Of a stretch of DNA of 64,000 nucleotides, positions 38,311-46,765 are shown one piece after another. The notes beneath the pieces are model-generated. The model saw only the letters and a program-made list of their open reading frames with translations, was not told the origin of the DNA and made no database searches. Each line of letters opens with the position of its first letter. The first letter of the stretch is position 1. This DNA is from Castellaniella sp. UBA6218 (GTDB taxonomy: Bacteria > Pseudomonadota > Gammaproteobacteria > Burkholderiales > Burkholderiaceae_B). The stretch lies in the NCBI GenBank assembly GCA_002421865.1, contig DISE01000036.1, forward strand, positions 766 to 64,765, written 5' to 3'. Position numbers and translations under genes: made by a program.

Positions 38311-38699
38311 TCACCGCCGCACTCAAGGCCCTGGCCGGCTGGAAAGGCTACGCGGCGGCCGCGCTGGCCGGCATCCTGATCGCTGGGCCGGCTGTGTGGA
38401 CGGTACAGGACTGGCGCTACGACGCCAAGATCGCCGGCATGGAGCGCGACCAGGCCGTGGCCGACGCTCAGGTATCCCGCCAGGCCCTGAGCCAGCTGCA
38501 GGCCGACATCGATGCCGTGGCCGCTGCTGGCCGCCGAGCTGCTGCGGTGGGTCCGTCGCTCACGGCTCAGATCAACAAAATCACCGGAGCTCTGAAAGAT
38601 GCGCCTCCTTTGCCTGATAACTGCCGCCCTGATCCTGTCCGGATGCGCAGCCTCACCGATTCGGTTCGTGCCGCGAACCGTGCCGCCGCTGGACAGTGA
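38307..38699 (+). CDS. i-spanin (Rz-like)
   Basis: N-terminal TM and coiled coil after endolysin. Confidence 0.8.
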   Translation: MITAALKALAGWKGYAAAALAGILIAGPAVWTVQDWRYDAKIAGMERDQAVADAQVSRQALSQLQADIDAVAAAGRRAAAVGPSLTAQINKITGALKDAPPLPDNCRPDPVRMRSLTDSVRAANRAAAGQ

Positions 38700-38853
38700 G
38701 CTGGCGCAGCCGTGCCCGCAGATCCCTGATCCGCCCGCCGGCGACTACGATGCCTGGCAGGCCTGGGTGCAGGATCGGGTGCTGGTGGCGTATGGGGTAT
38801 GTGCGGCCAGGCACCGGGAGACGGTGGGGGCCTATGATTCGTTGCGCAAATGA
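38599..38853 (+). CDS. o-spanin (Rz1-like) lipoprotein
   Basis: LSGC lipobox, Pro-rich, overlaps Rz. Confidence 0.8.
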   Translation: MRLLCLITAALILSGCAASPIRFVPRTVPPLDSELAQPCPQIPDPPAGDYDAWQAWVQDRVLVAYGVCAARHRETVGAYDSLRK

Positions 38854-38860
38854 AACCGAA

Positions 38861-38894
38861 ACTTACGGGCCATGGGAGTCCATGGCCCGTAAGT
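38861..38894. terminator. 15-bp perfect hairpin between lysis genes and terminal module
   Basis: ACTTACGGGCCATGG-GAGT-CCATGGCCCGTAAGT. Confidence 0.75.
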
Positions 38895-38921
38895 GCTAGG
38901 TTGCAACACTATGCCCCGATC

Positions 38922-39044
38922 TCATTTGCGCGTATTGTTGCGCAGCACGATTCGGAACGGCTTGCCGTTAGGGCGACGGATTACCCGGCCTTTCACGGTG
39001 ATGGTCATCCTGTAGATGACTCTTTCAACATCGCTCTCAAACAT
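38922..39044 (-). CDS. 40-aa basic peptide
   Basis: Read manually: MFESDVERVIYRMTITVKGRVIRRPNGKPFRIVLRNNTRK; AGGA RBS. Confidence 0.7.
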   Translation of the reverse strand: MFESDVERVIYRMTITVKGRVIRRPNGKPFRIVLRNNTRK

Positions 39045-39117
39045 GGTTATGTCCTAAGAGGCGATTCCAGCATCTAACTTGATTGACAATCAGGAAGGTT
39101 CCTGATTAGACTACTCG

Positions 39118-39216
39118 GCCAAGCTTCAGTAGTAATCAAGACACATTGCTCATGGAATCTTTGAGCTTTGTGTTTTCCGAGGGTTTCAGGCGTTGGCGCG
39201 CTTGAAACCCTTTTTT
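39118..39216 (+). ncRNA. Predicted ~100-nt antisense RNA
   Basis: TTGACA(39083)-N18-TAGACT promoter, internal hairpin, terminator GGGTTTCAGGCG...CGCTTGAAACCC-T6; start approximate. Confidence 0.55.
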
Positions 39217-39217
39217 C

Positions 39218-39772
39218 TTATAGAACACCTTGTTTTTTCAGCTGCCTGAGCCGTCTATTTGCCGCTGTTTCGGAGACTTGGTATTCCATTACAAGGTGCG
39301 TTGGCGCGCTCAGCCTCTTGCGTCGAATGTCTTCCATTGGCATCAGGAATTCAGCGGCGAACTGGTTTGCTTGCCACTCACTGTCCTCGTAAGGCTTGAT
39401 GGCGGCAAAGCCAGCGGTTTCGCGATGAAAGGCCCTGGCGTGGCTTAGGGCTAGGTGTCCGAGTTCATGAATTACCGTGAAACGTGCTCTCGGGGAGTCT
39501 TTGCAGGCACCATCGTAGGTTCCTTCGCTCAAGAAAATGACCCCTCCCTCCGGCATGCAGCATGCCTCCACGCCATCGGGCAACATGCTTGCTGGAACCA
39601 CATCGTAAGTAATGCCCCAGTCGGTCATGTTTTCTATGAACTCCCCCAGACTGAAAAATCCTTGATCTGAGGGGAGGTCGAACAACTCGCGGACATGCAT
39701 TGCGTGTTCACGGATGTCCTGAATGCTTCTTGGCGGAACTCGAAAGCCGCGACTAACTGATGGCCCGAACAT
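39218..39772 (-). CDS. ImmA/IrrE family metallo-endopeptidase
   Basis: RFTVIHELGH and EWQANQFAAEFLMP. Confidence 0.92.
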   Translation of the reverse strand: MFGPSVSRGFRVPPRSIQDIREHAMHVRELFDLPSDQGFFSLGEFIENMTDWGITYDVVPASMLPDGVEACCMPEGGVIFLSEGTYDGACKDSPRARFTVIHELGHLALSHARAFHRETAGFAAIKPYEDSEWQANQFAAEFLMPMEDIRRKRLSAPTHLVMEYQVSETAANRRLRQLKKQGVL

Positions 39773-39776
39773 GGCG

Positions 39777-40127
39777 CTACTCCTCCTTCTTATTCAGAAG
39801 TTGCATAAATTTCTTAATCTGCTCGTCCGTCAATCTTGCGCGGGCGAAGCCGGAGACCATCATCATTTGTTGGGGGTTCATCCCTTTTAGGGGGACAGAT
39901 TCGTTCGATACATCCGCCAGCTGCTGTAGGTTGTCCACCGCTACCCCCCGCTCACGGAAAAAATCATGAATTTTCCGAACCCATTCGTCCGGTACCTTTT
40001 TGCGGCCTACTTCCATTCCGCTCAAATATGCTGCTGTGACCCCAAGGGTTTTTGCCATCGCTTGCAATGTAACCTTGGCATCGATTCTGGCCTTGCGGAC
40101 AGCGCTCCCGAATGCGGTAAGGTTCAT
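39777..40127 (-). CDS. XRE-family HTH regulator
   Basis: FG..VRKARID..VTL..MA..LGVT.AYLS..E.GRKK. Confidence 0.92.
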   Translation of the reverse strand: MNLTAFGSAVRKARIDAKVTLQAMAKTLGVTAAYLSGMEVGRKKVPDEWVRKIHDFFRERGVAVDNLQQLADVSNESVPLKGMNPQQMMMVSGFARARLTDEQIKKFMQLLNKKEE

Positions 40128-40172
40128 GCCAATCTCCTGTATGTGGTTGATCCCATACCAACCAACGCGTTT

Positions 40173-40201
40173 ATATTACCGATCAGGTAAATAAAAATCA
40201 A
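40173..40201 (-). promoter_or_regulatory. Promoter of the XRE-IrrE operon with palindromic operator
   Basis: TTGATT-N17-TAATAT; TTACC-N5-GGTAA at 40176-40190. Confidence 0.6.
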
Positions 40202-40398
40202 TAGATAGTTCTCAAAGCTGGGCTAGGGTTAGTAGGTATTTACCCCATACCCTCACAGCACCAGGGCAGGGCGCCGGGCGCAAAAAAGCCCGCGCTGGGG
40301 CGGGCAGAAAACTACTGAATATGTGATGGCCTCACATATCGGCTCACATACAGGCAAAACAAAAGGACCTAGGCTTGCGCCTAAGTCCTTGAATTTCT

Positions 40399-40474
40399 TG
40401 GCTCCCCGACCAGGGCTCGAACCTGGGACCTGCGGATTAACAGTCCGTCGCTCTACCGACTGAGCTATCGGGGA
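40399..40474 (-). tRNA. tRNA-Asn(GTT); prophage attachment site
   Basis: TCCCCGATAGCTCAGTCGGTAGAGCGACGGACTGTTAATCCGCAGGTCCCAGGTTCGAGCCCTGGTCGGGGAGCCA. Confidence 0.97.
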
Positions 40475-40523
40475 ACTGCGAAGAAGCGAAACTATAGCAT
40501 AAATTTTGATGCGTGCACAAAGT

Positions 40524-42149
40524 TCAATGTGCGCCGGCTGCCGCACCCGATCCGCCGTGGGCCGCCGACTTCGGTCGGGCCAGCCAGATGAGGCCGATCA
40601 GGACCAGGAAGATCAGCGCCGAAGCGTAGAAGATGTCGGTGGCCGACATCGTATAGGCCTGCTGATTGATCACCCGGTCCAGCATGCCGGCGCCTTGCTG
40701 CGGATCCACGCCCAGGCCCTGCAGACCGCCCATGATGTGGTCGAAAGCCGGTTCGCCGGGGCGGGCGACTTCCGTCAGGCGGCTGTGATGCAGCGTGGCG
40801 CGATTGTCCCAGATCGTTGTGGTGATCGAAGTCCCGAAGGCCCCGCACACGAGGCGGAAGAAGTTCGACAGGCCGGCGGCCGCGGGGATCCGGTCGGGGC
40901 TCAGCCCCGACAAGGAGATCGTCGTCAGCGGGATGAAGAACGTCGCCATGGCCGCTCCCTGGATGAAGGTGGGCAGCATCACGGCATACAGATCCACGCT
41001 GGTGTTGAACTGGGCGCGCATATAGCTGATCAGGGCGAAGATCAGGAAAGCGATGGTGGCGATCGGACGCGGGTCGTGACGGGCCAGCAGTTTGCCCACC
41101 ACCGGAGACAGGATGATGGCCAGGATGCCCACCGGCGCCGAGGCTATGCCCGCCCAGGTGGCCGTATAGCCCATGGTGTTCTGCAGCCACAGGGGCAGCA
41201 GCACGACGGTGCCGAAGAACACGCCGTAGGCGACCGACAGCGCGATGGTGCCGGAGGTGAAGTTGCGCTGTGCGAACAGGGTCAGGTCCACCACCGGGTG
41301 CGCGGCGGTCAGTTCCCAGATCACGAAGTAGACGAAGGCGACGACCGTAACCACGGCCAGCACACAGATCAGCGGGCTGGCGAACCATTCGAGTTCTTTG
41401 CCCTTGTCCAGAATCAGCTGCAGGGCCCCCACCCAGACGACCAGCAGGAACAGGCCCATGCGGTCGATGGGCCGGTTGACACGGCGCGAGTCGCGCGTCT
41501 TGTAGACCTGCCACGAAGCCCATCCGGCAAGCAGGCCGATCGGCACGTTGATGTAGAAGATCCAGGACCAGGCATAGTTGTCCGAGATCCAGCCGCCCAG
41601 CAGCGGCCCGGCGATGGGACCGACCAGGATCGTCATGGACCAGAGCGCCAGGGCCATGCCCGCCTTGGCCCTCGGGTAGCTGGCCAGCATCAGGGACTGT
41701 GACAGGGGGATCATCGGCCCGGCCACGGCGCCTTGCAGCACGCGGAAGAACACCAGGGATTCCAGCGACCAGGCGAAGCCGCACAACCAGGAACTGAGAA
41801 CGAACAGCAGCACCGACAACACGAACAGGCGCACCTGTCCGAAGCGCTGCGTCAGCCAGCCCGTCAACGGCACGGTGATGGCGTTGGCCACGGCGAACGA
41901 GGTGATCACCCAGGTGCCCTGGGTGGCGCTGACCCCCAGATCACCAGCGATGGTGGGGATGGAGACGTTGGCGATCGATGAGTCCAGCACGTTCATGAAA
42001 ACGGCTGCCGACAGGGCGATGGTGCCAAAGGCGCGGGTGCTGCCTTCCAGGGGCGGGTAGCCCCCGGCGGGCGGCTGGGCCGGGGCGGTGGACGCGGATT
42101 CCGGCTCCTTGCCGGTTGCGTCTTCCAGGGAAGCGGGCGTGGTGCTCAT
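40524..42149 (-). CDS. emrB: DHA2 MFS efflux permease
   Basis: FMNVLD.SIANVSIPTIAG.LG, WVITSF; EmrB-type MFS. Confidence 0.92.
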   Translation of the reverse strand: MSTTPASLEDATGKEPESASTAPAQPPAGGYPPLEGSTRAFGTIALSAAVFMNVLDSSIANVSIPTIAGDLGVSATQGTWVITSFAVANAITVPLTGWLTQRFGQVRLFVLSVLLFVLSSWLCGFAWSLESLVFFRVLQGAVAGPMIPLSQSLMLASYPRAKAGMALALWSMTILVGPIAGPLLGGWISDNYAWSWIFYINVPIGLLAGWASWQVYKTRDSRRVNRPIDRMGLFLLVVWVGALQLILDKGKELEWFASPLICVLAVVTVVAFVYFVIWELTAAHPVVDLTLFAQRNFTSGTIALSVAYGVFFGTVVLLPLWLQNTMGYTATWAGIASAPVGILAIILSPVVGKLLARHDPRPIATIAFLIFALISYMRAQFNTSVDLYAVMLPTFIQGAAMATFFIPLTTISLSGLSPDRIPAAAGLSNFFRLVCGAFGTSITTTIWDNRATLHHSRLTEVARPGEPAFDHIMGGLQGLGVDPQQGAGMLDRVINQQAYTMSATDIFYASALIFLVLIGLIWLARPKSAAHGGSGAAAGAH

Positions 42150-43351
42150 GAACCGATGTTGTCCTGGATGATCTGGTGGATGCGGGCGTCGATTTCGGCC
42201 GGATCATGGTCGTAGACCGGGGTGCTCAGGGCGGGTTCGCCCGTCCGCGCTTTTTCGTCCGCCTGCTTCTGGTCCGTCTCGGGCGAGGAGGACAGGTCGA
42301 CTTCTACCGTCATGGACAGGCCCACGCGCAGAGGGTGTTCCTGGAGTTCTTTCGGGTCCAGGCGGATGCGCACGGGCACTCGCTGAATGACCTTGATCCA
42401 ATTGCCGCTGGCGTTTTGCGCCGGCAGCAGGGCGAAGGCGCTGCCGCTGCCGGCGGCGATGCCGACGACCGTCCCGTGATAGGTGATTTTGCCGCCGTAC
42501 AGGTCGGAAGTCAGCGTGGCCTTCTGGCCGGGCCGCATGGTGTTGAGCTGGTTTTCCTTGAAGTTGGCCTCCACCCACAGGCTGTCCAGCGGCACGATGG
42601 TCATCAACGGCGAGCCCGGCTGAATCCGCTGTCCCAGTTGGACGGACCGCTGGGCGACCATGCCCCCCACCGGGGCCAGTACGCGGGTGCGCACGCCGGC
42701 CAGCCAGGCCTGGCGAACCTGATCGGCGGCCTGCAGGACGTCGGGATGCGTGGCGACGGTGCTCCCACGGGTCAGGGACTGGTTGGTGGCCAGCTTTGCG
42801 CGCGCGGCGGCCAGGCCGGCGCGAGCCTGGGCCAGGCCGGCTTCGGCGGATTTCACGGCGACCTGGGCGTGCAGCAGTTCTTCGCCGCTGACGCCGCCGG
42901 TGCCGCGCAATGCATTGCGCCGCTGCAGGTCGTTGCGCGCCTTGCTGAGCAGGGTTTCCGCCTGAGCGACGTTGGCCTCGCCCACAGCGACGTCGGCCGC
43001 CAGGGCGTCGTTCTGCACGAACAGGGTCTGGGTGTGGCGCACGGTCTGGGCCAGGGCGGCTTCGGCCTGGGCCAGGGCAATGTCCGTGTCGCTGCCGTCC
43101 AGGCTGACCAGGCGGGCGCCCTGGGCGATGGTCTGGGTTTCCTCTGCGCCGATGGCGACCACGGTGCCGGGAATCTGGGCGCTGATCTGCACCAGATTGC
43201 CGTGGACGTAGGCGTCGTCCGTGGATTCGTAATGGGCGGCGAAGAGCAGCCACCATACGCCATAGAACAGGCCGGCCAGGATGAAGATGCCGGTGGCCCA
43301 GAGCATCAGGCGGGTGCGGGCGGGGGAGGTGCTGGGGCTGGATGCGGTCAT
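42146..43351 (-). CDS. emrA: Efflux membrane fusion protein
   Basis: ESTDDAYV, FALLPAQNASGNWIKVIQRVPVRI. Confidence 0.92.
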   Translation of the reverse strand: MTASSPSTSPARTRLMLWATGIFILAGLFYGVWWLLFAAHYESTDDAYVHGNLVQISAQIPGTVVAIGAEETQTIAQGARLVSLDGSDTDIALAQAEAALAQTVRHTQTLFVQNDALAADVAVGEANVAQAETLLSKARNDLQRRNALRGTGGVSGEELLHAQVAVKSAEAGLAQARAGLAAARAKLATNQSLTRGSTVATHPDVLQAADQVRQAWLAGVRTRVLAPVGGMVAQRSVQLGQRIQPGSPLMTIVPLDSLWVEANFKENQLNTMRPGQKATLTSDLYGGKITYHGTVVGIAAGSGSAFALLPAQNASGNWIKVIQRVPVRIRLDPKELQEHPLRVGLSMTVEVDLSSSPETDQKQADEKARTGEPALSTPVYDHDPAEIDARIHQIIQDNIGS

Positions 43352-43370
43352 GATGCGGTCGAAGGAAGGT

Positions 43371-44798
43371 TTACAGTTGGTTCGGATGCGCGGCGGCGCT
43401 CGGCGCGTCGTCGCCCTGGACATAGCCGCCTCCCAGGGCGGTCGCCAGTTGCACGTCCAGGATGTAGGCGCGGGCATGCAGGTCGGTGGTCTGCACGGTC
43501 TGCTTCAGGGCTTCGCTCTGCGCCAGCAGCACCTGGACGAAATCGCCCAGGCCTGCCTTGTAACGGCTCAGGGCCACGTCGTAGGCTGAAGCGATGGCCT
43601 TCATGCTGGCCTCCTGATGCCGGATCTGTTCGTGCAGCGACCGGATGGAATCCCGGGCATCGGCCACTTCGCGCAGGGCGCCCAGAACAGTTTCGTTGTA
43701 GCGGGCGATGGCCTCGTCGCGCTCGGCGCGGCGTCCTTCCAGCCGGGCGTTCAGGCCGCCGGCATTGAAGATCGGCAGAGTGATCACCGGGCCGGCGCTG
43801 TAATTCTCGCTGCTGCCGCGGACCAGTTTGTCCAGGCCCAGCGACAGATAGCCGAAGGTGGCCGACAGGTCGATGTTGGGCAGGAAGTCGGCCTTGGCGG
43901 CGGAGACTTCGGCGCCGGCCGCTTCGGCCTGCAGGCGGGCGACCGTGATGTCGGCGCGCCGGCCCAGCAGGGCCATCGGCAGGTGCCCCGGGACGTCCGG
44001 TGGCAGCGCGGCGCCCGGGCGCGCCGTCAGGGGAGGCAACTGTTCGGGCGATTGCCCCAGCAGGGCGGCGAGCTGGTGATGCAGCAACTGGGCGTTGTTG
44101 CGCGCCTGGCTGAGTTGCACACGGGCGGATGAGACCGCCGAGTCGGCCTGATCCACATCCACCTGGGTGCCCAGGCCGTTCTTGTAGCGGTCGCGGGTGA
44201 TGTCCAGGGCTTCTTGCAGCTTGCTGGCGATGTGGCCGATGGCCTCGGCCTGGGCCTGTGCGTTCTGCAGTTGGAAGTAGGCCTGGGAAACCGCCGAGAC
44301 CAGCAGGACGCGGGCCTGCTGGCGACTGGCTTCGGCGGCGGCCGCGCGTCGGCTGGCGGCGCCGGCCAGTGCGCGCCGGCGGCCCCACAGGTCCAGATTG
44401 AAGTCCAGTTGCAGCCCCAGGCCGGTGTCGGTCTGGTAGGAGCCGCCCAGAGGGGGCGGGTAGATGTAGTTTTCGCTGTAGCGCTGCCGGGTCAGGTGAT
44501 AGCTGGCGTTGACCTGAGGCCATTGCACGGCGCGCGCACCGCGCGCGGCGGCCTGGGCCGTGCGCACGCGGGCGGCGGCGGCTTCCAGGGACGGGTTGGC
44601 GCGCAGCGCCTGGTCGATCAGGCCGTTCAGTTGGTCGTCCTGATAGCGTGACCACCAATGGTCGCCTGGCCAGGCGAGGGTCGTATCTGACAGCCCCAGG
44701 GTCTTGCCGTCGAGCGCCTGGGTGGCGGGTACGCCCGGATCCATGGGGGCGCAGGCGGAAAGTGAAAGGGCGAGCAGCAGGGGGATAAGAGGTTTCAT
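43371..44798 (-). CDS. Outer-membrane efflux lipoprotein (NodT family)
   Basis: LSAC lipobox, LLGRRADI, ALGGG. Confidence 0.92.
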   Translation of the reverse strand: MKPLIPLLLALSLSACAPMDPGVPATQALDGKTLGLSDTTLAWPGDHWWSRYQDDQLNGLIDQALRANPSLEAAAARVRTAQAAARGARAVQWPQVNASYHLTRQRYSENYIYPPPLGGSYQTDTGLGLQLDFNLDLWGRRRALAGAASRRAAAAEASRQQARVLLVSAVSQAYFQLQNAQAQAEAIGHIASKLQEALDITRDRYKNGLGTQVDVDQADSAVSSARVQLSQARNNAQLLHHQLAALLGQSPEQLPPLTARPGAALPPDVPGHLPMALLGRRADITVARLQAEAAGAEVSAAKADFLPNIDLSATFGYLSLGLDKLVRGSSENYSAGPVITLPIFNAGGLNARLEGRRAERDEAIARYNETVLGALREVADARDSIRSLHEQIRHQEASMKAIASAYDVALSRYKAGLGDFVQVLLAQSEALKQTVQTTDLHARAYILDVQLATALGGGYVQGDDAPSAAAHPNQL

Positions 44799-44833
44799 GC
44801 TGACAGGAAACTGAATATCATTGATAGGGTCTG

Positions 44834-44851
44834 TATCTGACTAGGCAAATA
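44834..44851. promoter_or_regulatory. Predicted MarR operator (efflux genes)
   Basis: Imperfect palindrome TATCTGACTAGGCAAATA, identical copy at 45445-45462. Confidence 0.75.
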
Positions 44852-44883
44852 TATGATTGAAAACAAGAGGGTGGGGCGTGGAA

Positions 44884-45420
44884 TCAGGGTTCCGGAGCGT
44901 GTTCGGCGGCTTGTTGCAGGAGGTGCTGTTCGCCGTTGAAGATCATGCGTTTGAGCAGGGCGAGCAGCATGGCGATCTCGGCTTCGGAGAAACCCTGCAG
45001 ATGGATGTTCAGTGTTTCCGCGATCGCGGGCAGGATGCGCGCGGCGACTTCACGGCCGCTATCCGTGAGTACGATCTTCACGACGCGCCGGTCCTCGGGC
45101 ACGCGTTCGCGCCTCAGGAACCCTTTGGATTCCAGCCGGTCCAGGGTGCGTGTGACGGCGCCGGTGTCCACACCCATCGCCCGCGCCATCTCGGCCGGTG
45201 TATCGACGCCCTTGTGTTCGATGAGCAGCAGGGGGCGCCATTGGTTGGCGGTCAGGCCCAGCGGGATGGCCTTGAGGTCGATGACACGGTGCAGCAGGAT
45301 GTGGACGTGCTTGATCAGCAGGCCGATATTGCGGTCCGCGCCCAATTCCGTCGGGCTGCCGCCATAGTGGACGCAGGGCTGGCCGATCGATGGAGTGTCT
45401 GGGATGTCGGGGGATTGCAT
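44884..45420 (-). CDS. MarR-family regulator
   Basis: TRTLDRLE.KG..R.R..EDRR. Confidence 0.92.
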   Translation of the reverse strand: MQSPDIPDTPSIGQPCVHYGGSPTELGADRNIGLLIKHVHILLHRVIDLKAIPLGLTANQWRPLLLIEHKGVDTPAEMARAMGVDTGAVTRTLDRLESKGFLRRERVPEDRRVVKIVLTDSGREVAARILPAIAETLNIHLQGFSEAEIAMLLALLKRMIFNGEQHLLQQAAEHAPEP

Positions 45421-45444
45421 GATGTTAAAATACTATCACATCAA

Positions 45445-45462
45445 TATCTGACTAGGCAAATA
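45445..45462. promoter_or_regulatory. Predicted MarR operator (autoregulation)
   Basis: Second identical 18-mer. Confidence 0.75.
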
Positions 45463-45465
45463 AAA

Positions 45466-46443
45466 ATGGCGATGCCTTCCCGCGGCATGTTCTGGACTGG
45501 TTTCGTGCTTGCGGGTCTCGGGGCCGTGCTGTTTTCGGCCAAGGCGATCGTCGCCAAACTGCTGTACCTGCACGGGGTGGACGCGCTGGATGTGATCGGA
45601 TTTCGCATGCTGCTGGCGTTGCCGTTCTTCGCCTGCATTGCGCTGGTCCAGATGTCCCGCGTGCGCAGGGGGCTGCTGGCGCGGCTGGACCGGCGCGACA
45701 GCCTTCGGATCGCGGTGCTGGGCTTCATCGGCTATTACCTGTCCAGTTTTCTGGATTTCATGGGGCTGCAGTACATTTCCGCCGGATTGGAACGTCTGAT
45801 CCTGTTCCTGTCGCCGACTTTCGTGTTGCTGTTCTCGGCCTGGTTCCTGCGCAAGCCGATCGCCGCGCGCCAGTGGCTGGCCATGGCTCTGGCCTATGGC
45901 GGGGTGGCGCTGGTGTTCTGGGCCGACCTGTCGATGACGGGCGAGGACGTCGTCCTGGGCTCAGTCTGTGTGCTGGGCGCGGCGTTTTCCTATTCCATGT
46001 ACCTGATCGGTTCGGGCGAACTGGTCGAGCGGGTCACGGCCACCCGGCTGACGGCCTATGCGATGACGGTGTCGGCCGGAGTGACGATGGTGCACTTTTT
46101 CGCAGTCAAGGGACTGGCCGGGCTGGACCGGAGCCTGCCGGTCTACGGCCTGTCGCTGATTCACGCCACGGCGAACACGGTGCTGCCGACGTTCATGATC
46201 ATGTGGTCGGTGGCGCGCATCGGCGCGCCGCTGACGGCCCAGCTGGGCCTGCTGGGACCGGTGTCGATCCTGTTTCTGGCCTGGCTGTTCCTGGGTGAAC
46301 CGATCACGGGATTTCAGGTGGCGGGTACGGTTCTGGTGGCGATTTCCGCCATCGTGCTTGGGCGCCGGCCGAAAGCGCCGTCAAGGTCTGCCTCGGCCCC
46401 GCAGGACTTCACGGCAGCTTTTCCGCCCAGACCGCCTCATTGA
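45466..46443 (+). CDS. DMT/EamA transporter
   Basis: Multi-TM EamA duplication. Confidence 0.88.
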   Translation: MAMPSRGMFWTGFVLAGLGAVLFSAKAIVAKLLYLHGVDALDVIGFRMLLALPFFACIALVQMSRVRRGLLARLDRRDSLRIAVLGFIGYYLSSFLDFMGLQYISAGLERLILFLSPTFVLLFSAWFLRKPIAARQWLAMALAYGGVALVFWADLSMTGEDVVLGSVCVLGAAFSYSMYLIGSGELVERVTATRLTAYAMTVSAGVTMVHFFAVKGLAGLDRSLPVYGLSLIHATANTVLPTFMIMWSVARIGAPLTAQLGLLGPVSILFLAWLFLGEPITGFQVAGTVLVAISAIVLGRRPKAPSRSASAPQDFTAAFPPRPPH

Positions 46444-46765
46444 AGCCCACGGTCACGCTGCCGTCGGGCCATTCGACCACCGGCCGCTTGATGATGCTGG
46501 CCTGATCCAGCATCAGCCGGGTGGCGCTGGGTGCGTCCTGGATCCGCGCCTGCGACTCGGGGGGCAGTTTGCGCCAGGTCGCGCCCTGGCGGTTGACGAG
46601 CTTTTCCCAACCCGTTTGAGCGATCCATTGCGCCAGCCGCGCCTCGGGTACACCGGCTTTCTTGAAGTCGTGGAACAGGTAAGGGTGCTGCCGCGCATCC
46701 AGCCAGGCGCGGGCTTTCCTGACGGTGTCGCAGTTGGGGATGCCGTAGATGCGCAGAGTGTTCAT
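46409..46765 (-). CDS. ArsC/Spx (YffB-like) protein
   Basis: YGIPNCDTVRKA, IKRPV. Confidence 0.88.
   Translation of the reverse strand: MNTLRIYGIPNCDTVRKARAWLDARQHPYLFHDFKKAGVPEARLAQWIAQTGWEKLVNRQGATWRKLPPESQARIQDAPSATRLMLDQASIIKRPVVEWPDGSVTVGFNEAVWAEKLP

Larger units (their letters stand above)
1..40420. mobile_element. Lambdoid siphovirus-type prophage (left end outside window) integrated at tRNA-Asn
   Basis: Ordered recombination, immunity, replication, packaging, head, tail and lysis modules ending at a tRNA 3' end; host housekeeping genes resume after the tRNA; exact att boundary approximate. Confidence 0.95.

Noticed and set aside
38850..39077. 75-aa + strand ORF after Rz1
   Set aside because: Runs through the terminator hairpin and lies antisense to the better-supported 40-aa ORF
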